Of a DNA stretch of 64,000 nt, positions 50,916-60,478 are shown one piece after another. The translations under genes and the position numbers were made by a program. Below the pieces are notes generated by a model. That model searched no databases and had not been told where the DNA came from. It saw only the letters and a program-made list of their open reading frames with translations. How positions within the stretch are numbered: position 1 is the first letter of the stretch; each line of letters begins with the position of its first letter. This stretch comes from Candidatus Latescibacterota bacterium (lineage in GTDB: Bacteria; Latescibacterota; UBA2968): positions 2,912,001 to 2,976,000 of the forward strand of contig OZ220741.1 in the NCBI GenBank assembly GCA_965116885.1, given 5' to 3'.

Positions 50916-52139
50916 TTACCAGCTATTCAGTAAAATGAGGGCTAATTCGGTTCCCGCAGGTACATGGGCATCTTCGGCATTGACTACGAATAAGCTGTTT
51001 GCGCGGGCCATTGAGAACAGGTCCGCCGAGCCGTGGTGCCCGACCCAGGTGCTTTTCCAAATGCCATTTTTGCCCTGAACACTGTGCGCGGGTACAAATT
51101 GCTTTCGCCCGGGCGTTTGTCGAAAGTCAGCATTGAGTACTGTACGGACGATGGGGAGGTGCAGATCCGTCATGCACTGCATTTTTCTGATCGCAGGGCG
51201 CATGAGCAATTCCAGGCCGACTACGGAAGATACCGGATTGCCGGGTAGGCCAAAGACCTGTCGCGCGCCTTTTACGCCAAATGTCAGGGGTTTGCCGGGT
51301 TTCATGCGGATGCGGTCAAAGAGTACTTCGACGCCCAGATCTCGCATGCCGTCTTGTACCAGATCGTATTCGCCAGCAGAGGCACCACCAGATAGGGCGA
51401 CGATATCACAGGTCTCCAGACCTTCGCCGATGGTTTGTATCAAGGCATGGATGTCGTCTTCTACAATGCCGAGATAACGCGCCTGTGCCCCCGAGCGCAG
51501 GACTTGAGCTACCATCGAGTACCCATTGCTGTTTCGAATTTGTCCGGGTTTGGGTTTGTGCTGGGGTTCGACCACTTCGCTGCCGGTTGCCACAATGCCG
51601 ACTATTGGTTGGCGATAGGTCTCGACATGGACATGCCCCACAGCGGCGAGAATGCCAACTTCGGGAGGGCGTATGACTGTGTTGGCTTGCAATACGACCT
51701 GATTGACGCGCACATCTTCGCCGAGGCGGGCGATATTTCTGCCTGTTTCCGTGGTGTCGAGCACGCGCACCTTTTGGGCATCTGTGTGTGGTTCTGTGTC
51801 TTCGATCATAATTACCGTGTCTGCGCCATCGGGTACAGGTGCGCCCGTCATAATTTGAGCGGCTTGCCCGCATTCCACGCGCTTTTGCGGTACTGTGCCC
51901 GCAGGGATCTCTTCGATCACATCGAGTATGATGGGTGTATTATTGGACGCGGATGCGATATCTGCTCCCTGAAGGGCATAACCATCCATGAGGGCTTTGT
52001 CAAAGGGTGGCATGTCGATATCTGATCGCACGTCTTCGGATAAAACGCGCCCGAGCACGTCGTCCAATCCAACGCGGATTTTGTCAATTGGCCGGGTATT
52101 TTCCATTACAATGCGAATGGCATCGTCCATTTCAATCAT
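50916..52139 (-). CDS. moeA: Molybdopterin molybdotransferase
   Basis: PPFDKALMDGYA, IMTGAPVP.GAD, TGSEV, IRNSN, MKPGKP, LPGNPVS. Confidence 0.95.
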   Translation of the reverse strand: MIEMDDAIRIVMENTRPIDKIRVGLDDVLGRVLSEDVRSDIDMPPFDKALMDGYALQGADIASASNNTPIILDVIEEIPAGTVPQKRVECGQAAQIMTGAPVPDGADTVIMIEDTEPHTDAQKVRVLDTTETGRNIARLGEDVRVNQVVLQANTVIRPPEVGILAAVGHVHVETYRQPIVGIVATGSEVVEPQHKPKPGQIRNSNGYSMVAQVLRSGAQARYLGIVEDDIHALIQTIGEGLETCDIVALSGGASAGEYDLVQDGMRDLGVEVLFDRIRMKPGKPLTFGVKGARQVFGLPGNPVSSVVGLELLMRPAIRKMQCMTDLHLPIVRTVLNADFRQTPGRKQFVPAHSVQGKNGIWKSTWVGHHGSADLFSMARANSLFVVNAEDAHVPAGTELALILLNSW

Positions 52140-52228
52140 AACTTTACTCCTTGTCTATTTTCCTCATCGCGCATAATATACGCAAACGGGTCAAAACATC
52201 TGCGATTTTTTTCTTGTATTTTTTGTAT

Positions 52229-52255
52229 AGTATGTCGATATTTCTTCGACATACT
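52229..52255. promoter_or_regulatory. Inverted-repeat operator candidate upstream of AbiE pair
   Basis: AGTATGTCGA-N7-TCGACATACT perfect 10-bp arms. Confidence 0.6.
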
Positions 52256-52291
52256 GTGTTAAAAATGACAATATTTTTGACGGGAAAAATC

Positions 52292-52951
52292 GTGATAGAG
52301 TGTATCAGGCGACAGATTCCACACGAAGAGTTTGATTATCTGGCTCTTTTGGACTGTTTGAAATGTTATGCCCACCCTCGGGACAAGATCACGGACTTGC
52401 TGCGGAAGGGGTGGATCATTCGCGTGAAAAAGGGGTTATACGTCTTTGGCGATTCTTATGCACGCGGTGCTTACGCAAGAGAAGTGCTGGCCAATTTGAT
52501 CTATGGACCTTCTTATATTTCAATGGACTACGCCCTGTATTATTACGGTCTGATTCCCGAGCGCGTTGAAACGGTCACTTCGGTTACGTGCGGTTACAAC
52601 AGGACGTTTTCCACACCTGTGGGAAAATTTACGTACCGCGGAGTGCCCCTTTTGGCCTATCAGACGGGGGTGCAGCGCATTGAATTGGAATCCAAACGCG
52701 CCTTTTTGATAGCAACACCAGAAAAAACTCTTGCGGATAAAGTGCGCAATCAACGCGGGTACGCGATTCGCTCGCAGCGCGATATGAAAATCTATTTGTT
52801 TGACGACCTGCGCGTTGACGAAGATCGGTTCTACCGTCTCGATGCAGACAAATTGCGCGATATTGTCGAGCGCTATCGCTCTCAAAAACTTCGACTGTTG
52901 CAGGCTCTGCTCTATCGACACCAGCGTTCAGAGGATGTTGTTTATGCATGA
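52292..52951 (+). CDS. AbiEi-like type IV toxin-antitoxin antitoxin
   Basis: IIRVKKGLY, PSYISMDYAL.YYGLIPERV, IATPEK..AD; overlaps the toxin start; GTG start inferred. Confidence 0.82.
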   Translation: MIECIRRQIPHEEFDYLALLDCLKCYAHPRDKITDLLRKGWIIRVKKGLYVFGDSYARGAYAREVLANLIYGPSYISMDYALYYYGLIPERVETVTSVTCGYNRTFSTPVGKFTYRGVPLLAYQTGVQRIELESKRAFLIATPEKTLADKVRNQRGYAIRSQRDMKIYLFDDLRVDEDRFYRLDADKLRDIVERYRSQKLRLLQALLYRHQRSEDVVYA

Positions 52952-53801
52952 GGCTATCCGTCAAATGTTGGAAAAATACGATTGCCGACGGCTCGAGGAT
53001 TATGTGCAGGCACTGCGAGAAATATTGCAGGAAATTGCCTTACTCGGGTTGTGGCGCAGCAAATTTTTTGAGCGGGCAGCTTTTTATGGCGGCACATCAC
53101 TGCGAATTTTGCATGGGTTAGACCGTTTTTCAGAAGATATGGATTTTTCGCTTTTAAGTTCAAAAAAAAATTTCAATTTGGGCAGGTATGGCGATGCGTT
53201 ACAGCGGGAAATGCGTGCTTATGGCTTTGATGTTTGGGCGGAAACAAAAAGCAAGCGAACCACGAGTGCGATACAATCGGCATTTCTCAAAGCAAATACG
53301 CTCAAACAACTCCTGATTATTGAAGCAGGGGAAGAAATTGTGCGCGAACTGCCCAAAGGACAACAGGTGAAAATCAAAGTGGAAGTGGATACCGATCCTC
53401 CCGGGGGATTTGAAACAGAAATCGCGTATTTGTTACAGCCTATTCCCTTTTCTGTGCGCGTCTATACTCTACCCGATTTGTTTGCTGGAAAAATGCACGC
53501 TTTGTTGTGCAGAAAGTGGAAGCAAAGGGTCAAGGGACGCGACTGGTATGATCTGATCTGGTATGTGACGCATCACCCTACATTGCATTTATCGCACCTG
53601 GAGCAGCGCTTGCGACAAAGCGGTGACCGGGATGTTATAACGCCGCAAATATTCAGAAAAGACTTGCATGATGCCATTGATGCGTTAGATGTCGATCAAG
53701 CCAAAAGAGATATAGAACCTTTTGTCAAAAATCCCGAAACACTGGGCGTCTGGTCTCACACTTTTTTTCACACGCTTGTAGATCGCATTCAACTTATATG
53801 A
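52944..53801 (+). CDS. AbiEii/AbiGii-family nucleotidyltransferase toxin
   Basis: FYGGTSLR..HGLDRFSEDMDF, K.EVD, AGKMHA, KGRDWYD. Confidence 0.92.
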   Translation: MHEAIRQMLEKYDCRRLEDYVQALREILQEIALLGLWRSKFFERAAFYGGTSLRILHGLDRFSEDMDFSLLSSKKNFNLGRYGDALQREMRAYGFDVWAETKSKRTTSAIQSAFLKANTLKQLLIIEAGEEIVRELPKGQQVKIKVEVDTDPPGGFETEIAYLLQPIPFSVRVYTLPDLFAGKMHALLCRKWKQRVKGRDWYDLIWYVTHHPTLHLSHLEQRLRQSGDRDVITPQIFRKDLHDAIDALDVDQAKRDIEPFVKNPETLGVWSHTFFHTLVDRIQLI

Positions 53802-54529
53802 GGAGCAATATGTCCAAGACAGCAATTATTACTGGCGCAGGCACCGGAATTGGTGCGGGTATTGCCATTGCATTTGCCGAAGCGGGCTATAATCTCGCGC
53901 TCGCGGGGCGGCGCGTAGAACCGCTTGAAGAGACAGCGCGGCAATGCGGCTCTGCCAATATTGAGATCTGCGCTGCCGATGTTGGTGACCGCCAGGCGGT
54001 TCAATTGCTTGCCGAACAAACAGTCGCGACATTTGGTCGCATCGATATTTTAGTGAACAACGCGGGTATCAATACCAAAAAACGCCACTTGATCGATATT
54101 GCGGATGAAGACTGGGACCGCGTTATGGAGATCAATCTCACGGGTGCTTTTAATGCGTTTCGCGCTGTTTTGCCGCAAATGAAAGTGCAAAATGACGGTC
54201 TGGTTATCAATATTTCATCTATGGCCGGCAAAAGAGCGGGTATGATCAGTGGTGTGGCTTATTGCGCGTCCAAATTTGGCATGGCCGCACTGAATCAATC
54301 GATCAATGTCGAGTTTCGAGAGGCGGGCATTCGCGCCTGCTGTATTTATCCCGGTGAAGTCGATACACCTATCTTAGACCACCGTCCCAATCCCGTCTCT
54401 GATGAAAAACGCGCCGCCGCTCTTTTGCCCGAAGACATTGCCGCCGCCGCACTTATGGTCGCTCAGATGCCAGACCGCGTCATTGTCGAAGATATTACCA
54501 TTTTTCCACGCCGGGTGGTTGGGAGATAG
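53798..54529 (+). CDS. Short-chain dehydrogenase/reductase
   Basis: TGAGTGIG, NNAG, YCASK, PGEVDT. Confidence 0.92.
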   Translation: MRSNMSKTAIITGAGTGIGAGIAIAFAEAGYNLALAGRRVEPLEETARQCGSANIEICAADVGDRQAVQLLAEQTVATFGRIDILVNNAGINTKKRHLIDIADEDWDRVMEINLTGAFNAFRAVLPQMKVQNDGLVINISSMAGKRAGMISGVAYCASKFGMAALNQSINVEFREAGIRACCIYPGEVDTPILDHRPNPVSDEKRAAALLPEDIAAAALMVAQMPDRVIVEDITIFPRRVVGR

Positions 54530-54581
54530 TCTGTTATCTGTCCGCTTATGTGCGTGTGTTAGAATTAGTAAGGAAAATAAA

Positions 54582-56123
54582 ATGAAAACGGAAATCATTA
54601 TCAATGTCGCTTCACACGAGTCGAGAATTGCCATTCTCGAAGATGGTCGGCTCGCGGAGATTCTCGTTGAACGCGCTGAAAAAGAACGCATGGTTGGCGA
54701 TGTTTATCAGGGTGTTGTAACCGCTGTTCTGCCTGGCTTACAGGCAGGTTTTGTCGATATTGGGCAGGAAAAAGCGGCTTTTTTGCACGTTTCTGATATG
54801 CCTGGCTCGCCCGGCTCAATGGTCGAACTCGACTCGGAAATTCTCGATGATATCCGGGATCAGACCAATGGACAGGGCAAATTCTCTATTGATGAGCTGT
54901 TGCATAAAGGCCAGGAGATCATTGTGCAGATTAAAAAAGAGTCTATCAACACAAAAGGACCGCGCATTACTGCCGTGCCATCACTCGCCGGTCGATTTAT
55001 GGTGCTGGTACCCGATGGCGATAAAGTGGGGGTCTCGCGCAAAATTACCAATTGGCGCGAAAAACGGCGCCTTCGGGATATCGGGGGCAATATCAAGCCC
55101 GAGGGTTTTGGCCTTATTGTGCGTACCGAAGCCCGTGGCAAGGGCGAGCGGGAACTCAGGCGCGATCTCAAGCAGCTTTTGACAACGTGGAGAAGAATTC
55201 AGAAACAAGGGATGAAAAACAGCGGCCCCAAATTGCTGCACAAAGAAGTGGGCATGACATCTGGCCTTATCCGCGATTTGTTCACGGAGGATGTTCATCG
55301 TCTCGTCGTTGATTCGAAACGCGAATACAAGGAAATTCAGGCATATCTCAAGGGGGTCTCGCCGGAGTTGCGCCAGACTGTCGAATACTATGGCGATACG
55401 CGACCGATTTTCGATGCTTTTGGCATTGAAGCCGAAATTGAAAAATTCACGGAACGCAAAATCTGGTTCAGGGGCGGTGGTTATCTGGTTATTGATCCGA
55501 CAGAAGCGCTGGTTGCCATCGATGTCAACAGCGGGCGCAGCGTGGGCAAAGGGCGTGCCAGGCAGGATGAGACCGTGTTGAAGACCAATTTGGAGGCTGC
55601 CCGAGAGGTTGCCCGACAACTCCGTTTGCGCGATATGGGCGGGCTTGTGGTTGTCGATTTTATCGATATGGATCATGCGCGAGATCGCAAGCGCGTTGAA
55701 GAAGAAATGCGCCAGGCTATTCGCCGCGACCGGTCCAGGATCCGGTATTCGCGTATTACGGAGTTTGGTCTGATGGAGATGACTCGCCAGCGGGTGCGTC
55801 CCAGTTTGATGTCCACTTATTCTGCGCCCTGTCCGCAGTGCCATGGTACGGGTCACATTCCGAGCCAGGAAACCGTGCTGTCGCGCATCGAACGCTGGCT
55901 CAAACGCTCTCGCGCAGCCGCGCTCGAACGACGTCTCACCGTGCAGGTTCACCCCACACTCGGTTTCTATTTGCTCGAAAACCGCAGAGAACGCCTCAAA
56001 GCTATTCGCAAATCCACGCGCGTTTGGCTCGATGTCGAATCGGCTCCGGATTTGAGTGAGGAAGATTATCGCGTTTTTTCTCGGAAGCGCAAGATCGATG
56101 TGACAAATGAAGTTCAAACTTGA
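54582..56123 (+). CDS. Ribonuclease E/G family
   Basis: S1 domain VLPGLQAGFVDIG, KGPRIT, IDVNSG, RQLRLRDMGG..V.DFIDM, EMTRQR, CPQCHGTG; start set at ATG 54582. Confidence 0.95.
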   Translation: MKTEIIINVASHESRIAILEDGRLAEILVERAEKERMVGDVYQGVVTAVLPGLQAGFVDIGQEKAAFLHVSDMPGSPGSMVELDSEILDDIRDQTNGQGKFSIDELLHKGQEIIVQIKKESINTKGPRITAVPSLAGRFMVLVPDGDKVGVSRKITNWREKRRLRDIGGNIKPEGFGLIVRTEARGKGERELRRDLKQLLTTWRRIQKQGMKNSGPKLLHKEVGMTSGLIRDLFTEDVHRLVVDSKREYKEIQAYLKGVSPELRQTVEYYGDTRPIFDAFGIEAEIEKFTERKIWFRGGGYLVIDPTEALVAIDVNSGRSVGKGRARQDETVLKTNLEAAREVARQLRLRDMGGLVVVDFIDMDHARDRKRVEEEMRQAIRRDRSRIRYSRITEFGLMEMTRQRVRPSLMSTYSAPCPQCHGTGHIPSQETVLSRIERWLKRSRAAALERRLTVQVHPTLGFYLLENRRERLKAIRKSTRVWLDVESAPDLSEEDYRVFSRKRKIDVTNEVQT

Positions 56124-56148
56124 CATAAAGCGATACTTCGGATAAATT
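56120..56148 (+). promoter_or_regulatory. Sigma70-type promoter of rplU-rpmA-mdh
   Basis: TTGACA-N17-TAAATT overlapping the RNase E/G stop codon. Confidence 0.65.
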
Positions 56149-56260
56149 TAGCCCTCTTTGGATTTCTCGATCCACGCCGGGTCGGGAAGTTTGTTTGTAA
56201 ATCAAAAGTGGGGTGGGGACTGGGCGTTGGGGACTGGAACAGTTTCTGGAGGTTTTGAGT

Positions 56261-56578
56261 ATGTATGCAGTGGTCGATATCGCTGGTAGCCAATACAAGG
56301 TGGAAGAGGGCGATCATATCCGCGTGGCCCGGCTCGATGCGGAGGAGGGGGATTCACTTACTTTTCCCCAGGTGTTGCTCGTAGGTGACAGCGATGAAAT
56401 TAAGGTGGGTACGCCTCAAGTTGAAGGGGCTGCCGTCGAAGTGAGTGTTAAAGGACATGGTCTCGCAGACAAAATTACGGTTTTTAAGATGAAGCGCCGC
56501 AAAAATTATCGCCGAAAAAATGGGCATCGACAATCCTATACCGAACTTCAGGTTGAAAAAATTGTAGCGGAAAGCTAA
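56261..56578 (+). CDS. rplU: 50S ribosomal protein L21
   Basis: MYAVV...[26 protein letters not shown]. Confidence 0.97.
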   Translation: MYAVVDIAGSQYKVEEGDHIRVARLDAEEGDSLTFPQVLLVGDSDEIKVGTPQVEGAAVEVSVKGHGLADKITVFKMKRRKNYRRKNGHRQSYTELQVEKIVAES

Positions 56579-56595
56579 AATCAAGGAGGCTTTTC

Positions 56596-57791
<1,196 letters not shown>

Positions 57792-57826
57792 ATGTTGATA
57801 TAAAAAGATAAAAGCGATTTCACAAT

Positions 57827-57861
57827 CAGCCCGTCCAGAAAGTTGGATGGGTTATTTTTTT
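57827..57861 (+). terminator. Terminator after mdh; left copy of an imperfect direct repeat
   Basis: CAGCCCGTCC-AGAAAGT-TGGATGGGTTATTTTTTT. Confidence 0.8.
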
Positions 57862-57871
57862 ATTCGCAGTC

Positions 57872-57900
57872 TTGAATATGCGGACAAAGTTGGCTATACT
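57872..57900 (+). promoter_or_regulatory. Sigma70-type promoter at the left edge of the insert
   Basis: TTGAAT-N17-TATACT, bracketed by GCAGTCTTGAA direct repeats at 57866 and 57905. Confidence 0.6.
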
Positions 57901-58015
57901 AAATGCAGTCTTGAAGCCGGTGTGCTGGTAGTTTTCATTTGAAATGTTACGCGAACTTAAGGCCCGTTTTCACTGGGGGCATTCTCCAGGACCACTTTGC
58001 CATGAGTTTTCATCC

Positions 58016-58242
58016 GGTAATTGACGGGTAATTGATAGGTAATTGATATAAAGCGGGTTAAGAAGTTGTAAATTTTACTTAACTTATTTATTTTATTGAA
58101 ATTATGTTAATTGACGGTCATTTGCTTGACGGTTGTTTGATAGAAGACCAGAAAAATGATTCGGCGGGACAGGTTTAATTTCGTAAATTTTTGTTATACA
58201 AATACTTACTGTATTTCAATTTGTTTGATGGAAACCAAATGA
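58016..58242. repeat. Non-coding module of 11-bp repeats upstream of first AlbA_2 gene
   Basis: GGTAATTGAYR x3 (58016-58048); TTGYTTGAYRG at 58122, 58133 and 58221. Confidence 0.85.
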
Positions 58243-58333
58243 GCACCGACACCACCGAACACAGTTTGGAAGTTTGTATCGGCGATATGAGGATGTAGAA
58301 AAGCCTGATTTTGACGAAAGCGAGCACGTTAAC

Positions 58334-60022
58334 ATGAGTGAAAGCCAGGACATCGCGCTCATTGACGAGTTGCGCAGTCTGCCGACAGAAACCGAATGGT
58401 TAGAGTTCAAGCGCAATCGCTATGAATCTGAACAGATCGGGGAATACCTGTCCGCGCTTGCGAATTCGGCCTGCATCGCTGCCAAGACGGCTGGCTATCT
58501 TGTCTTCGGTATTGACGATGAGACACATGAGGTCGTCGGCACAAATTTTGATCCTTATAATACCAAAGCGAAGGGCAATCAAGACCTGCTGCCCTGGGTT
58601 GGGGCGGGGTTGCATCCGAATGCAGGATTCGAGCCACGTATTGTTAATCATCCGGATGGTCGGGTCGTTGTCTTCGAGGTTGGCCCCGCGAGAGATCAAC
58701 CTGTTAGCTTTCGCGGAAAAGCTTATGTTCGCGTAGGTTCCAGCAAGACCGAACTTAGCAAGCATCCCGAGAAGGCTCGCGTGATTTGGACGCGCGGGAG
58801 CGACTGGTCCGCAGAGGTGTGTGAACAGGCGCGGCTTGATGATCTTGACCCCAATGCCCTGGTCAAGGCGCGCGAGCAGTTCGTCGTCAAGCATCCGGCG
58901 CAGGCGGATGAGGTCAAGGAGTGGGACGATGCGACGTTTCTCAACAAAGCCCGGGTTTTAAGACAGGGTGCTGTGACGAATACGGCACTGCTTTTGCTGG
59001 GACGGCCGGAATCGTCGGCTCTACTCTCGCCGATGGTGGCTAAAATTTCCTGGATACTCAAGGACGATCACAATATCGAGTTAGATTACGAGCACATTGG
59101 GCCGCCGTTCTTGCTTGCAGGAGACCGCCTTCTGAAGCGCGTCCGCAACCTCACTGTGCGCGCCCTGCCGAGTGGGACACTGTTCCCTCAAGAAATTACT
59201 CAGTACGACCCCTGGGTAATCCGCGAAGCCCTGCACAACAGCATCGCACATCAGGACTATCGTCTGCACGGACGGATTGTTGTCGTCGAATTTCCCGACC
59301 GCATTTTGCTGACCAATGTTGGGGATTTTCTGCCCGGCGATGTCGAGACGGTCATTCAACAGGACGCCCCCCAGGCCATCTACCGCAATCCATTCCTTGC
59401 TGATGCCATGGTTGAATTGAACCTGATTGACACACAGGGCGGCGGTATTAAGCGCATGTTCGATACACAGAGGAAGCGTTTCTTTGCGCTTCCAGACTAC
59501 GATTTGACGCGGACAAATAGCGTGGCCGTGAGCATCCACGGCCGCATTCTTGATGAGCGCTATACTCGGCTCCTGATGGAACGAACTGATCTGAACCTCA
59601 GTCAGGTTATGCTCCTTGACCAGATGCAAAAGGGAATGCGTATCAGCCGGGAAGATCATCGCGACCTGAAGGCCAGTGGCCTTGTTGAGGGCCGTTATCC
59701 TAACTTAATGGTCGCTGAATCGATTGCTAAGGTGACGGATGACACTGACCGTTACCTCATAGAACGCGGATTCGACAAGCAGTACTACCTGGATATGATT
59801 TTAACCTTGATCCGCGAACATGGCTCGGTCAGTCGCAAAGAAATCGATCAGGCCCTGATTTCGAAGCTACCTGATCGGTTGACAGAGGAGCAGAAGCGGT
59901 GGAGGGCTCAGAATCTCATACAGGATCTGCGTCGCTCCGGTTTGATCGTCAACCAGGGGACCCGTGCCCAACCTGCATGGATGCTCTCAGACACACATCA
60001 GGGAAGGACATTTCATACATAA
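58334..60022 (+). CDS. Schlafen/AlbA_2 domain + HATPase-like (RecG C-terminal-like) + wHTH protein
   Basis: ETEWLEFK, SALAN...GYLVFGIDD, REALHNSIAHQDY, YRNPFLADAM, IDTQGGGI; start set at ATG 58334. Confidence 0.88.
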   Translation: MSESQDIALIDELRSLPTETEWLEFKRNRYESEQIGEYLSALANSACIAAKTAGYLVFGIDDETHEVVGTNFDPYNTKAKGNQDLLPWVGAGLHPNAGFEPRIVNHPDGRVVVFEVGPARDQPVSFRGKAYVRVGSSKTELSKHPEKARVIWTRGSDWSAEVCEQARLDDLDPNALVKAREQFVVKHPAQADEVKEWDDATFLNKARVLRQGAVTNTALLLLGRPESSALLSPMVAKISWILKDDHNIELDYEHIGPPFLLAGDRLLKRVRNLTVRALPSGTLFPQEITQYDPWVIREALHNSIAHQDYRLHGRIVVVEFPDRILLTNVGDFLPGDVETVIQQDAPQAIYRNPFLADAMVELNLIDTQGGGIKRMFDTQRKRFFALPDYDLTRTNSVAVSIHGRILDERYTRLLMERTDLNLSQVMLLDQMQKGMRISREDHRDLKASGLVEGRYPNLMVAESIAKVTDDTDRYLIERGFDKQYYLDMILTLIREHGSVSRKEIDQALISKLPDRLTEEQKRWRAQNLIQDLRRSGLIVNQGTRAQPAWMLSDTHQGRTFHT

Positions 60023-60099
60023 AAATTAAAGAAAACGAGTCTAAAAAAGGGTAGTATATAAAAGAATAAATATATAAATATTTGTTTTAAAAAGATTTG

Positions 60100-60176
60100 T
60101 CCTTTAATAAATTTTAGAATATTTTGAGAGTTTATTAAAGGATTTATTAAAGGATTTATTAAAGGATTTAGCAAAG
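60100..60176. repeat. 12-bp tandem repeat TTTATTAAAGGA x3 with one upstream inverted copy
   Basis: Copies at 60131, 60143 and 60155; TCCTTTAATAAA at 60100-60111. Confidence 0.88.
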
Positions 60177-60227
60177 CCGCGTTGTTTTTCAAGCTCTCAA
60201 TTGACTATGAGCCTGAATCTTTTAACT

Positions 60228-60454
60228 TTGTTTGACGGTTGTTTGATGGTTGTTTGATGGAAAACCCGAAAAATGACACGGTAGAGCAGATTTGATGGCG
60301 AGCGACGAATTGATCCGGCCTTCGGTAGCTGGTGGATGGGACATCACCAATCTTTGATTTTCGAACCTAAATTATTGTTATTAAGATGCTTACTGTTTTG
60401 TAATTTGTTTGATGGTTGCTTGATGGTTGTTTGATGGAAAACCCACAAAATGAC
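60228..60454. repeat. Non-coding module of 11-bp repeats upstream of second AlbA_2 gene
   Basis: TTGYTTGAYGG x3 at 60228-60260 and x3 at 60405-60437, each followed by AAAACCC..AAAATGAC. Confidence 0.9.
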
Positions 60455-60478
60455 TTGGTGAGATAGGGTAGTTTATAA

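Noticed and set aside
54981..56126. 381-aa minus-strand ORF
   Set aside because: Antisense shadow of the RNase E/G gene.
58016..60454. CRISPR array or integron attC sites
   Set aside because: Repeats are 11-12 bp and directly tandem with no regular unique spacers, no cas genes, and no attC-type long imperfect palindrome or intI.
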